The notes: a model not told the origin generated them from the sequence alone. 64,000 nucleotides of DNA from Thermodesulfovibrionales bacterium (GCA_044450345.1 JBIOIY010000007.1:1-64000); one strand, 5' to 3'; counted from the first letter of the stretch, positions 38,593 through 48,672 are shown. Made by a program: numbers and translations.

Positions 38593-40823
38593 GCGCACAG
38601 ACGATGGAAATCAAAAATCAGAATGCGGACCACAGGCCACACGATGAGAAAAAGATCATGACCGTTGCGGTAGCCGGCAACCCTAACTCCGGCAAGTCGA
38701 CCCTGATAAATGCGCTTGCAGGGACCAGGCTATCAGTCGGTAATTGGCCCGGGGTCACGGTGGAGAAGAAATCGGCGATATTCGAATATAAAGGCACAAA
38801 AATCAGGCTGGTAGATCTTCCCGGCACATACAGCCTGAGCCCTTATACGCAGGAAGAGATCATAGCACGGGACTATCTGGTCCATGAGAACCCTGATCTT
38901 GTCATAAATGTGGTGGATGCCACAAACCTTGAAAGGAACCTCTATCTTACGGTCCAACTGATGGAGCTGGGGATACCGGTCATTGTCGCCATGAATATCT
39001 ATGACGAGGCGGTAAATAAGGGTTACGAGATCGACATAAAAACGATGGAAGAGGTGCTCGGTGTCAGAGTCATTCCGACAGTCGCAACAAAAAAAACAGG
39101 ACTTGACGACCTGTTAAAGGCAGTCACGGATATTGGAGATGGCCGACTCAGCCTTCAGCCAAAGAGATTGCATTACGGAGCTGACATAGAATCTGCCGCC
39201 TCGGCAGTTGAGGTGCGGACCAGAAACATATACCCGAAGCTTGCAGAAAAGTACCCAGTGAGATGGCTTACCTTCAAATTAATGGAGAAGGACAGCCATG
39301 CAATGGAAGAGATTAATATTGGAGACGCTGCCTCCTTTGTCGATGAAGCGACAGAACATATCAGAAAGGCACATGGTGAGGATATTGAATCCATCATGGC
39401 AGATGAAAGATATGCCCTGGCGTCAGGACTTGCCCATGAAGTCTTAAAAAAGCCCGAATTCAGAAAAATGGAGATAACGGAAAAGATAGACAAGATAGCC
39501 CTCAACAGGTTTCTGGGCATCCCCCTGTTTCTTGCCGCCATGTGGATAATGTTCAAGCTGACGTTCGATATGTCAAAGCCCTTTTCCGACTGGATCGGCG
39601 TGATGATCTCGGGCCCGTTCAAAAGACTCGCGATAGCCCTGATCGGACTCATACACGCGCCGGACTGGACTGCTTCCCTTATCACTGACGGGATCATCGC
39701 CGGGGTAGGGAACGTACTTGTATTTGTCCCAGTGATATTTGCGATGATGTTCTTCATCACCTTTCTCGAAGGAAGCGGCTATATGGCAAGGGCGGCCTTT
39801 GTTATGGACAGGGCCATGCATGCAATCGGACTTCACGGGAAATCGTTCATACCAATGCTCTTGGGCTTTGGCTGCAACGTCCCTGCCATTTATGCAACAC
39901 GCACACTCGAAAACCCAAGGGACAAGGCGCTAACAGCCCTGCTTATACCTTTGATGTCCTGCGGCGCAAGACTGCCTGTATATGTGGTTTTCATTGGCGC
40001 CCTCTTTTCAGCGCACGCCGGCACCGTCCTCTGGTCCCTCTACGTGATGGGCATAGCGCTGGCGATTGTGATGGGGGTCATTTTTAAGAGGACCCTGTTC
40101 AGGGGCGAAGCCCCGATGTTCATAATGGAACTGCCTCCCTACAGGATGCCGTCTTTCAAAAGTCTGATGATACACACTTGGGAAAAGGGGAAGCACTTTC
40201 TGATCAAGGCCGGCACTTACATCCTTGCAGTATCTGTAATCGTATGGTTTCTCCTTAACCTTCCGTGGGGTATCGAGAACAAAAAAGATTCCTACCTGGG
40301 CAAAGTGGGGCAGGTCACCGCTCCGATCCTGGAGCCGCTCGGATTCGGGAACTGGGAGGCCGCATCGTCATTGATTGCAGGCGTAATCGCAAAGGAGATA
40401 GTAGTGGGGACGATGGGTGAAATATATGTCCCGAAAGAAGAGAAGAAGGAGGAACCTCCCGCATTCAAAGAGGAGCTGAAAGTGATCGGGACATCCTTTG
40501 GCCGTGCAGCTAAGGACTCTTTTCTAAACGTCTTCTCGGCCTTTGGAATCGCGAGCCTATCACCTGAAGAATCAGCTGAAAAAGCGGCAGAGCGGGTGCC
40601 GCTTCGGGACGTGCTGAAAAAACAGTTCACTCCCCTCAGCGCTTATGCCTTCATAGTGTTCGTGCTCCTCTATATGCCCTGCGTTGTGGTTGCAATAGCG
40701 ATGAGGCAGGAGTTCGGGACATGGAAATGGTTTGGAATATCATTCGTCTACCAGATGTCTCTGGCGTGGGGTGTGGCGTTTCTCGTATATCAGGGCGGCA
40801 AATTGCTCGGGATAGGAGGTTGA
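38589..40823 (+). CDS. feoB: Ferrous iron transporter B
   Basis: GNPNSGKST, GNWPGVTVE, DLPG, GFGCNVP, MSCGARLP, FIMELPPY, AKE.VV, YMPC. Confidence 0.97.
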   Translation: MSAQTMEIKNQNADHRPHDEKKIMTVAVAGNPNSGKSTLINALAGTRLSVGNWPGVTVEKKSAIFEYKGTKIRLVDLPGTYSLSPYTQEEIIARDYLVHENPDLVINVVDATNLERNLYLTVQLMELGIPVIVAMNIYDEAVNKGYEIDIKTMEEVLGVRVIPTVATKKTGLDDLLKAVTDIGDGRLSLQPKRLHYGADIESAASAVEVRTRNIYPKLAEKYPVRWLTFKLMEKDSHAMEEINIGDAASFVDEATEHIRKAHGEDIESIMADERYALASGLAHEVLKKPEFRKMEITEKIDKIALNRFLGIPLFLAAMWIMFKLTFDMSKPFSDWIGVMISGPFKRLAIALIGLIHAPDWTASLITDGIIAGVGNVLVFVPVIFAMMFFITFLEGSGYMARAAFVMDRAMHAIGLHGKSFIPMLLGFGCNVPAIYATRTLENPRDKALTALLIPLMSCGARLPVYVVFIGALFSAHAGTVLWSLYVMGIALAIVMGVIFKRTLFRGEAPMFIMELPPYRMPSFKSLMIHTWEKGKHFLIKAGTYILAVSVIVWFLLNLPWGIENKKDSYLGKVGQVTAPILEPLGFGNWEAASSLIAGVIAKEIVVGTMGEIYVPKEEKKEEPPAFKEELKVIGTSFGRAAKDSFLNVFSAFGIASLSPEESAEKAAERVPLRDVLKKQFTPLSAYAFIVFVLLYMPCVVVAIAMRQEFGTWKWFGISFVYQMSLAWGVAFLVYQGGKLLGIGG

Positions 40824-40824
40824 T

Positions 40825-40974
40825 ATGGGACTTAAAGATGTTTTATTGATGGCGTTGATTATTGGTGGAGCAGTATATCTTCTGTACCGTTCCATATGGA
40901 AGAATAAAGGTCATTGTTCCGGCTGCGGCTCGGAGACATGCAATCTCAAAAAGACAAAGGGGGGCTGCAGCTGA
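40825..40974 (+). CDS. FeoB-associated Cys-rich membrane peptide, 49 aa (not in ORF track)
   Basis: MGLKDVLLMALIIGGAVYLLYRSIWKNKGHCSGCGSETCNLKKTKGGCS*; SD GGAGG. Confidence 0.8.
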   Translation: MGLKDVLLMALIIGGAVYLLYRSIWKNKGHCSGCGSETCNLKKTKGGCS

Positions 40975-41057
40975 GAGTAATACCCATGTTCTTTAATGTC
41001 ATGATAAGGTGATTTTTGGAATAAAGGGGCTGTCAGATAAAAGTGCTACAATAAAAA

Positions 41058-41732
41058 ATGGACACGATCCTGCTCAATCCTGGTAAAAGCATCTCAACCT
41101 TTTACAAATGGGCAACCGCCCTTGCCCTCATTACTATTCTCTACAATTTCATTGAGGGCACGGTTTCTGTTTTATTTGGTGTTGAAGACGGAACGGTCTC
41201 CCTTTTCGGTTTTGGACTCGATTCTTTCGTAGAGGTGATTTCAGGAATCGGAATATGGCATATGATAAAGCGGATGAAAAAGAGTAGCGATGAAAGTCAC
41301 GACAGATTTGAAAGAACGTCACTTAAGGTGACGGGGACAGCTTTCTATATTCTCACTATAGGCCTGATAATTACTTCCCTGGTAAATGTCTATAAGGGAT
41401 ATAAACCAGAAACTACTTTGTGGGGCATTATCGTAGCAGTCATTTCAATTCTCGCGATGTGGGTGCTTATTCATTACAAGTTAAAGATCGGTAGACGGTT
41501 CAACTCCCGGGCGCTGCTTGCCGATGCGGCCTGCTCTAAGACTTGCTTGTACCTTTCCATCGTTCTTCTAATTGCAAGCGTCGGCTATGAAGTAACGGGC
41601 ATCGGCTTGGTTGATTCCCTTGGTGCGGTCGGCATAGCGCTTTTCTCTTTTAAGGAAGGACGTGAGGCGTTTGATAAAGCGAAAGGTAAGTCATGTAGTT
41701 GCGGGACCGAATGTAATCAAGGCTCTAAATAA
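41058..41732 (+). CDS. CDF-like cation transporter (TM domain only)
   Basis: YNFIEG, SLFGFGLDSFVE, ALLADA, DSLGA, KEGREA; C-terminal CSCGTEC. Confidence 0.8.
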   Translation: MDTILLNPGKSISTFYKWATALALITILYNFIEGTVSVLFGVEDGTVSLFGFGLDSFVEVISGIGIWHMIKRMKKSSDESHDRFERTSLKVTGTAFYILTIGLIITSLVNVYKGYKPETTLWGIIVAVISILAMWVLIHYKLKIGRRFNSRALLADAACSKTCLYLSIVLLIASVGYEVTGIGLVDSLGAVGIALFSFKEGREAFDKAKGKSCSCGTECNQGSK

Positions 41733-42097
41733 CGAGTAAAGCTTTTTATTCTATTGTCTTACATTTCCAATCATACTTTTTTCAAGATATCATGGCATGA
41801 CTTTGAGGAAGAATTCCGTAATTATCTATATCCTGCCGCTGAGAACTTTTCTATGAAGGTCTTATGAGCGGCCTTAGCATTTCGGGATGAAAGTTGTCAT
41901 CACTGAAGAGGGGGTATGGTTGCGGTGTATAGGGAGTACTTCTCGCCGGCTGAGTCCCCCTATTTTGCGGAGTTTGAATGGGAATAAACAGTTTCAGCAA
42001 ATCGAAATTCGTGCGGATTCCAGGAAGGACACCTTTCTGAGTGTTTCGGGGCGAAAGAGACTCACCACGACCACCTATCAGTGGGCAAACCCGAAAC

Positions 42098-42195
42098 AGG
42101 TGGCCGGAATGTAACGGAATTGCCGGTCGGAATCAATCGGAATCAGTGGCCGGAATGAAACGGAATGACCGGCCCGGAATAGTCCGGAATATGCC
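42098..42195. mobile_element. Isolated IS21-like terminal repeat array
   Basis: Eight CGGAAT at 10/13/10/13/10/14/10-bp spacing ending in CCGGAATATGC (GCATATTCCGG on the - strand); no istA/istB nearby. Confidence 0.6.
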
Positions 42196-42474
42196 CTCTG
42201 TGCTTCCCCAGCAGCCCTGCCTCCCCCCTCACCCAAATTTCCTCTCTTCCTTATTTTCCCCTTTTCCCGGGGTCCTCGTCGTCCCCGCCGTCGCCGTGAT
42301 GGGGCCGGGCTGGTCCAGGTCATTCCCGCCCGCGTGGGATCGCGAGGATCGCAGGGGAGGCAGGGAAAGGAGCTGGGTAAGATGAAAAAAAGGGAATGAA
42401 GATGGTGAGGGGTGTGGTGCTCAGAGGAGCATGACTCTGGGAAAAAAGATGAAAGAAATAGATAATGGTCCGGA

Positions 42475-43314
42475 CTACGCTAATAATGCCTCAAGACGGG
42501 GCTTAAGTCGGGCAGCAAGGGCAGTAAGTCCTTCCCGGTTGTTCAGGTAGGGCACGTAACGTAAATGACGCAAATCAAAAGGGATGTCCTCATCAGACTG
42601 GGTGATGAGGATGACCTCGCGACCCAATGTGTGCGCGATTCCTATCTCGTAGAAAACGTTCGGGTTGCGAGTGGAACAGTCACAGATGATGATGTGCGAG
42701 CGGTCGATAAGCGACACAACATCCTGAATGACTGCCGGGTTCTCCCAAATGTCATCAGCGCGCCGGCAGTGCAGGCCTGCATTTTTGGCCGTGCGTAGGA
42801 GCACTTTATAGACCCGGTTGAAATCGGGATGAAAAGGCATCATCACCGATACCAGCGTAGGCTCAATAGCTTCCGGATCCGCTAACTGGAAAACCGTTGG
42901 TCGATTCCGGCGCGGCTGCATGTTGCGTAGCAGGGTTCTGAAGAGATCTGCGTCCTTGACGGACCAATGCGTGCGTGTGAACTGAAAGTCATGGATGTCA
43001 AGTTCCCCTGCCAAGGTCTGCAGAAACCGATTTGGGATAGGCGGCACGCCAGGGTCGTAAACGTACTCCATCGATACAACACGCCCATTTATTTTCGCCC
43101 GAACGATAGTGCCGACCCTCGCCACTTGATCTCCCTGTCCGTACGTTTCCTCTACAAACAGCGTGGGCAAGGCCATCAAAGCCGTCAGATCGAGGCGACC
43201 CTTTGGCTTAAAACGATTGATGAGGCTCTGATCAGTATACTCAAAAATTCGACCACTGGGTATAGTGTCGCCGGCGGCGGCCCACGCATTACCCTTTACC
43301 AAAAAGTTAAACAC
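42475..43314 (-). CDS. Protein with C-terminal nucleoside 2-deoxyribosyltransferase/TIR-like domain
   Basis: VMMPF, RADD, IICDCSTRNPNVFYEIGIAHTLG, IPFDLRHLRY. Confidence 0.75.
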   Translation of the reverse strand: MFNFLVKGNAWAAAGDTIPSGRIFEYTDQSLINRFKPKGRLDLTALMALPTLFVEETYGQGDQVARVGTIVRAKINGRVVSMEYVYDPGVPPIPNRFLQTLAGELDIHDFQFTRTHWSVKDADLFRTLLRNMQPRRNRPTVFQLADPEAIEPTLVSVMMPFHPDFNRVYKVLLRTAKNAGLHCRRADDIWENPAVIQDVVSLIDRSHIIICDCSTRNPNVFYEIGIAHTLGREVILITQSDEDIPFDLRHLRYVPYLNNREGLTALAARLKPRLEALLA

Positions 43315-43447
43315 GGGCTACTCCCTGCAGATTTATGACTTTCGCCCTTCTCTGCGAGTCCTTCATCTTCACTAATCCCCACCTTTTAACGGATAGCAAT
43401 ATTACAACCTATTCCTTTCAAAGAAACAATCAATATTGAGAGTGAGA

Positions 43448-43669
43448 CTAAGGGTTAAGAAAATGCCAAATGCCTTGATCGGATAGTTCAATGCCGAATT
43501 CCTGGCACAGATCGAGGATTATCTCCCGACGCAGGTCTTCACCGATGCTTGCCCGTATTAACCGCTTCGATACCACCCGCAATAAGCCCGCCCGCATATC
43601 AACTGGCCCCATCGCAGGGTCAATATCTTTGTAGATGCCGTTTATATACCCTTTCTCGTCGGTTCCCAT
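43448..43669 (-). CDS. Small hypothetical protein
   Basis: 73-aa ORF co-oriented with neighbours, SD-like CAGGA. Confidence 0.45.
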   Translation of the reverse strand: MGTDEKGYINGIYKDIDPAMGPVDMRAGLLRVVSKRLIRASIGEDLRREIILDLCQEFGIELSDQGIWHFLNP

Positions 43670-43687
43670 ATTGGCCGTCTTTCCTGT

Positions 43688-44362
43688 TCACTTATTTTCC
43701 CACAATGCATGCACTACCTCCCGGATGCGCCTTGCAATCTCTTTCCCGATCCCAGGCACCTTCGAAAGTTCTGAATTTTCAGCCACAAATATTGCATGCG
43801 GAGATCCGAAATGTGACAAAAGCGCCTTTGCTTTGCTGCCGGCAATGCCGGGCAATCCCTCTATAAGAAATTGCTGCAATGTTCGGACGTCCTTGGGCTT
43901 ATCATGTCTAAGGGCAATTTCGTAACCAAGGCCCTCCTGACTATGCCGAGCCATGGTAGCTAACAATTGGGCCGTCCGCCGTTCTCCGTCTGAGAAAAGA
44001 ACACTAATCCCTTCCTCTGCAACAAGCCAGCTAAGAGCTCCGATCAGCGCAACTTGTTCTATCCCACTATTTAAGAGAAAAATATTACCCTCCAGAATTA
44101 TAACTGGCTTACTAAACTCCGCTTTCAGCTTTCTGGCCTGGGAAAAAAGCCTGCGGTCCATTATTGACGCGGCAAAATCGGTGGCTGTTTTGCGTTCAAC
44201 ACAAAGACACTCGGATAGAATGTAATCGCCTTCGAGGAGCTCCTTGAAATCGAGGCTAATGCGAGGTAGCCTAGCAAGATGATCCGGCACGTATGAGTTT
44301 TGTTCGTGGAAATCGCAGGTGATATAAATGTCTGATTTTAAAGCAGTCGGATTATCGTTCAT
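43688..44362 (-). CDS. ERCC4/XPF-family structure-specific nuclease with tandem HhH
   Basis: GDY...VERKT..DF..SI.D.RLF.Q, ILEG, LPGI, VPGIG. Confidence 0.88.
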   Translation of the reverse strand: MNDNPTALKSDIYITCDFHEQNSYVPDHLARLPRISLDFKELLEGDYILSECLCVERKTATDFAASIMDRRLFSQARKLKAEFSKPVIILEGNIFLLNSGIEQVALIGALSWLVAEEGISVLFSDGERRTAQLLATMARHSQEGLGYEIALRHDKPKDVRTLQQFLIEGLPGIAGSKAKALLSHFGSPHAIFVAENSELSKVPGIGKEIARRIREVVHALWENK

Positions 44363-44470
44363 ATGTATTTATTAAGTATTTTTGTGCGGAAAAAAGCAAG
44401 AAGATAGACGTTTTTATTTCCATCCACGTCGAAACAGTGCAAGGGGCCCCATAATAGCCTCCTCCTGTTG

Positions 44471-45151
44471 TTATTTCTTTGTTTTCTTCGCATAGTCAAT
44501 CATTTTTTCAATAGGAACATTTTTTCCCCTTATAAATTTAACAAGCTCTTTTTCTTTATCGCTGAGGACATCAGCAAAGGCATCCTCTATCATCGACTCA
44601 ACAAGATCTCGGGAATAATGGGCTATATCAGAAAAAGTATGAGGGCTGGCAATATTAGGACTATCAAAGCACTCTTTTTCTGTTACGCGCACCTTTCCTT
44701 CAGCCTGCTTCCCAATATATTCAAAAACCGTTTTGAATAATAAAGGAATCTCGACGGATATAAGGAACACAGAATCTTTATCGTCCTTGACGCAAGCCGC
44801 AACAACGTTGTCACTTTTTCTTCGAAGAAGAAGTAACAACTTAATATTTTCCGAATAAGTAATAAGAAGGTTGAGCCAGCCGAGCGGGCTTATGCGGTTT
44901 TTCAAACCTTTAACATGAAATATAGAAAAACTATTAGGCAGAAAAGGATAACTTGTTTTTCCACTCAAAAAGGCCTCGTTAACTGACAGCATGGCGCATA
45001 TCTGAGGTATATAATCATCTGACAATGCGGGGATACCTGCTTCTTTCCTGGCAACAGAAGAGCCATTAACCCCCAGCCTTACGGCAACCTCGGCTTTCGT
45101 AATCCCCAACAGGTTACGAATTTCCGCAAGAGCTGTCCATTGGTGAATCAT
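44471..45151 (-). CDS. XRE-family HTH protein with long C-terminal domain
   Basis: IR..LGIT.AEVA.RLGV..SSV...E.G; paralogous to 45179-45856. Confidence 0.75.
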   Translation of the reverse strand: MIHQWTALAEIRNLLGITKAEVAVRLGVNGSSVARKEAGIPALSDDYIPQICAMLSVNEAFLSGKTSYPFLPNSFSIFHVKGLKNRISPLGWLNLLITYSENIKLLLLLRRKSDNVVAACVKDDKDSVFLISVEIPLLFKTVFEYIGKQAEGKVRVTEKECFDSPNIASPHTFSDIAHYSRDLVESMIEDAFADVLSDKEKELVKFIRGKNVPIEKMIDYAKKTKK

Positions 45152-45178
45152 GTAAATAGCCTCCCTTAAGGGGCGTCT

Positions 45179-45856
45179 CTATTTAAGCCCCATTCCCTTT
45201 AAAAAAGGGATAATATCTTTTATCTCAGTTTTATTCCTAACAAGGTCTATCAGCATTTTCTCCAAATATGACGTCTGTCTTCGTTGACCAGCAAAACAAT
45301 AAAGAACATCGTCTTTTTTAACAACATCTATATCCCTCAGTTTCTCAGATAAAGCATCTGAGATAGGTAATACCCTCATTGCAATGTTTTCCCGATCTAC
45401 TCCTGGACCATTTAGGATTCTCGCAATAGCGTCATCCAGTTTTAAATTGAAAACTATTTCCATCACAAAAATACTGTTAAGTTCATCTTTGGCAAGGACA
45501 TATTCTACTTTAGATTTGTTCACCAGGTATACGATAGCGAGTTTTTGCGTATTAAGTATTATTGGCAACGGCATACTTGAACCGCCCACGATATCAATAT
45601 TGTGTCTCATCTTCAGCCTTAAGAAACTTTCCGGAAGAAATGCATTATCTGTCCTGCCATCAATAAAATCAGGATTTATTCTGAATAGAAAGGCTATCTT
45701 TTTTATTACGTCTTGTGACAGAGCGGGGACGCCCGATTCAATTTTAGAAATACTGGATCGCTCAACATTTAATCGTTCCGCAACATGGCTTTGTTTCAAA
45801 CCGCTTGCTTTCCGTAGTTCTTTTATAAGGGCTCCTACGTTTCTTGCTGTTTTCAT
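45179..45856 (-). CDS. XRE-family HTH protein with long C-terminal domain
   Basis: IKELRKASGLKQSHVAERLNVERSSISKIESG. Confidence 0.8.
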   Translation of the reverse strand: MKTARNVGALIKELRKASGLKQSHVAERLNVERSSISKIESGVPALSQDVIKKIAFLFRINPDFIDGRTDNAFLPESFLRLKMRHNIDIVGGSSMPLPIILNTQKLAIVYLVNKSKVEYVLAKDELNSIFVMEIVFNLKLDDAIARILNGPGVDRENIAMRVLPISDALSEKLRDIDVVKKDDVLYCFAGQRRQTSYLEKMLIDLVRNKTEIKDIIPFLKGMGLK

Positions 45857-45884
45857 AGAATAATTGTGGCGCGTTCTACCTGAT

Positions 45885-46436
45885 CTATTCCACCTTAGCT
45901 GGCAAAGCCGCGGCTGGTACCGACAACAGTCTGAACTTGATCACTTTGACGGGCGTTTTTGGTCCCACGGGTTTACGGTAATAACGGGAATATGTGCGGT
46001 AGATGTCATCGTCGGAGGCAAACGGGGCGTGAAATTTTTTATCTTCTGCCGAAAGTAACCCCATACTCGTTTGTTTGACCCAAAGCACCTCTGCGACCCC
46101 GAAGACCTCCCCAGGGGTAGTGGCGTCCGTATCATTGGTCGCCAGCTTAATTACGTCCCCAGCTTCGATCCCCTTTTCATCATCGATTCTCCAGGTAATT
46201 TGCTTATCCCCCGCTAAAATCTCAGGAGGAATCCTATGTGCAAACTTAAGAACCTTGAACCGCCGGTTCGGTGCTGTTTCGGATATCGACTCAAGGTATG
46301 AGGGCATTACAGACTCGGTACGCCCATCGCTATGCTTTACTAGGGCCATGTCGCAGCCGTCGCATGTATGAATAATCTCCACTTCCTTCTTTTCCTCGCT
46401 CCCTGGGAACAAAACCCGCAAAGCTCGCTTATTCAT
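45885..46436 (-). CDS. ASCH-domain protein
   Basis: LKF....PEILAGDKQITWR, GDVI, YYR..V, VKVIKF. Confidence 0.7.
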   Translation of the reverse strand: MNKRALRVLFPGSEEKKEVEIIHTCDGCDMALVKHSDGRTESVMPSYLESISETAPNRRFKVLKFAHRIPPEILAGDKQITWRIDDEKGIEAGDVIKLATNDTDATTPGEVFGVAEVLWVKQTSMGLLSAEDKKFHAPFASDDDIYRTYSRYYRKPVGPKTPVKVIKFRLLSVPAAALPAKVE

Positions 46437-46651
46437 AAGTAAAGACCTCCTTTACAGGATATGCTTCTTTTAAGATATTACCGAGACTCTTTTGCACTGC
46501 ACAGATATGCGCAATCTGACACACCCCGCCACCACGCCGCAGCAGCAGCAATCCGACAAAAAACCGGCCACTGGCGAAAAGGCAAAAAAGGGTAACAAAA
46601 ACAGTAAGTTACATAAACTCAGGATAAAAGATACGGATGTCGCTGTAAGAT

Positions 46652-46942
46652 TCAATATCTCTTTCTTCGTAAGGGCCAGCCGTCGGCGGCAAAACTGGCG
46701 AACGCCTCCTCTGCTGTTATCTCGACATAGGCAGACTCGGGATCTTCCGAATTCGGCATGTACTTATAAAATCGGCCCTGATTATCTATATTGAGATAAG
46801 ATCTCCTAACATCGTGCTTATACAGACATATTTCCCTGCCACCAGCGGTTATGCATGTTGACATGTACATAAAATTCCGACAATCAGCATCTTCCAAAAC
46901 CAAATGAAGCGGTCTCCAATTAGTTGAACAAACTTCTTTCAC
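46652..46942 (-). CDS. Hypothetical protein
   Basis: SD GGAGGA; FMYM..C, LYKH..RRSYLNID..GRFY. Confidence 0.55.
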   Translation of the reverse strand: MKEVCSTNWRPLHLVLEDADCRNFMYMSTCITAGGREICLYKHDVRRSYLNIDNQGRFYKYMPNSEDPESAYVEITAEEAFASFAADGWPLRRKRY

Positions 46943-46973
46943 TCTCTTCCTCCTGATAAATTTCTAAATAGAA

Positions 46974-47009
46974 GGGACGCCGGCGGAATAATAAAATTGC
47001 CGGCGTCCC
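46974..47009 (-). terminator. GC-rich hairpin downstream of primase
   Basis: GGGACGCCGGC-N14-GCCGGCGTCCC. Confidence 0.55.
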
Positions 47010-47015
47010 ACAAAC

Positions 47016-48401
47016 CTATTTCTCTATTGCTTCACTGTACTGTTTCTTCAGTTTGAGATACCTCTTAAGCATCTTAGCCGCTTGCTGTTTGTAGTCTTCC
47101 GCCATATCCTCGTGAAACTTGAAACCGCCCGAGGAAAAAAGCGCGAGCAGGCTCTCATTCATCCTGACCTCAACGCCGTCTTTCCGAACAACCATTGAAG
47201 TCTTGGGAAACAACTTTCCCATGGTAAGCCTTGCCGACATTTCGGCTGTCATGCGTCTCTCTTCGGGAGAGCTTTCGTGTGCAAGAAACTCCGAGGCCTC
47301 CAGAGGACTCCTGAAGAGTAGGTGATCAAGGATACGCCGGCGGATATGGGGCGCGTTCATCCATAAACAAACAGAAAACGGAAGCGCAGAGTTCACGAGA
47401 GCACCCAGATCCCCTCCTTTCCTCAGAAAAGAATCCAAGTCCTCGCCATCTGGAAGGACGATTATCCCCCCGGAGCACTTTTCTTTAAAAAGAAAGTGGG
47501 CGGACTTAACAGCAGCCCTCTTTCCAGCCGCATCTCCGTCAAAGACAGGGTATATCCGCTTGCAGTATTTCATAAGGAGCTTCACCTGGTCCATCGTTAA
47601 CGCCGTCCCCAGAGGAGCGACGGTATTGGTGTGGCCGTGCTGATGGGCTGTAACGATATCAAAATACCCTTCCGTGATGAATGCATACCCCTTTTCCTTG
47701 ATCCCGGATGGTTTCAGGCCGTAGAGGATATCCTTTTTGGAAAATAAAGGGGTTGCGGCCGTATTCAGGTACTTCGGCGCTGACTCATCGAGAACTCTTC
47801 CTCCGAACCCTTTCACAGAGCCCTGAAAAGAGATTGGGAACATTACCCGGTTAAAGAAGTAGTCATACAGATGGCTCTCCTTCCTCTTGGCAAGCCCCGC
47901 CTCGATAATGTCCTTTTCTCTATATCCCTTCCCTCTCAGATAACTCCATACCGACGTGCCGTTTGTACAGCCGATACCGAAGCTCTCAATGGACTCATCG
48001 GTCAGGCCCCGGGTCTTTTTCAGGTAGTCCTGTATGCGGGGGTTCTTTTTCAAGTTGCCTTTATAAAACTCCGCCGCAGCAGCATTTACCTGGCATAGCC
48101 GACCATTACTCCCGTTGTTCTTTGATAACTCTACCCCTGCCCTCTTGGCAAGCAAATCGAGGGCCTGCGGAAATTCGAGGTTCTGATGCTTCATCACAAA
48201 GGTAAAGACGTCACCCCCGGCTCCGCAGCCGAAACAGTGAAAGGTCTGTTTGCTTGGGGTAACCATAAAGGATGCCGTCTTTTCCTGATGGAACGGACAG
48301 CAGCCCGTAAAGAGGTTCCCCTTTTGTACCAACGGCACATACTCGCCCACAAGGTCCACGATGTCTGTCTTACTCTTTACTTCCTCACTGGCTTCACCCA
48401 T
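47016..48401 (-). CDS. dnaG: DNA primase (CHC2 zinc finger + Toprim), element-encoded
   Basis: CPFHQEKTASF, FHCFGCG, RVMFPI, GFGGR, PKYLN, EGYFD, LGTA, FDGDAAG, DLD. Confidence 0.93.
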   Translation of the reverse strand: MGEASEEVKSKTDIVDLVGEYVPLVQKGNLFTGCCPFHQEKTASFMVTPSKQTFHCFGCGAGGDVFTFVMKHQNLEFPQALDLLAKRAGVELSKNNGSNGRLCQVNAAAAEFYKGNLKKNPRIQDYLKKTRGLTDESIESFGIGCTNGTSVWSYLRGKGYREKDIIEAGLAKRKESHLYDYFFNRVMFPISFQGSVKGFGGRVLDESAPKYLNTAATPLFSKKDILYGLKPSGIKEKGYAFITEGYFDIVTAHQHGHTNTVAPLGTALTMDQVKLLMKYCKRIYPVFDGDAAGKRAAVKSAHFLFKEKCSGGIIVLPDGEDLDSFLRKGGDLGALVNSALPFSVCLWMNAPHIRRRILDHLLFRSPLEASEFLAHESSPEERRMTAEMSARLTMGKLFPKTSMVVRKDGVEVRMNESLLALFSSGGFKFHEDMAEDYKQQAAKMLKRYLKLKKQYSEAIEK

Positions 48402-48654
48402 GTGCCATCACCTCCTCTCTCATTTTTTTCGTGCGACAACGCCTGCACTTAAATTTCCCGCTTCCCATAAGCTCTGCCTCCGCTGCGGGGTCCACCAGCT
48501 GCCGGCCGCACTTAAAACAAGCGTCTATCCTTTCTTCAGATATTAGATATTTCTTATCGCACTTTGGACAGTAATAGCTCCCCCGCCTGGTAAGAGCCTT
48601 CAGGCGGTGGGAACCACAAGCCGGGCATACGTGATATTTTTCTATCATTGACAC
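48394..48654 (-). CDS. Small Cys-rich zinc-ribbon protein
   Basis: CPAC, CPKC, CFKC, CRRC; overlaps dnaG start. Confidence 0.65.
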   Translation of the reverse strand: MSMIEKYHVCPACGSHRLKALTRRGSYYCPKCDKKYLISEERIDACFKCGRQLVDPAAEAELMGSGKFKCRRCRTKKMREEVMAHG

Positions 48655-48672
48655 TCTTCTCCATTGTGGCTT

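Noticed and set aside
40972..40980. TGA-GAG-TAA after GGCS as a second selenocysteine
   Set aside because: Read-through adds only two residues, no clear hairpin follows, and a normal stop explains the peptide.
42098..42195. CGGAAT array as a CRISPR array
   Set aside because: Repeats are 6 bp with 4-8-bp gaps, no spacer-length unique sequence and no cas genes.
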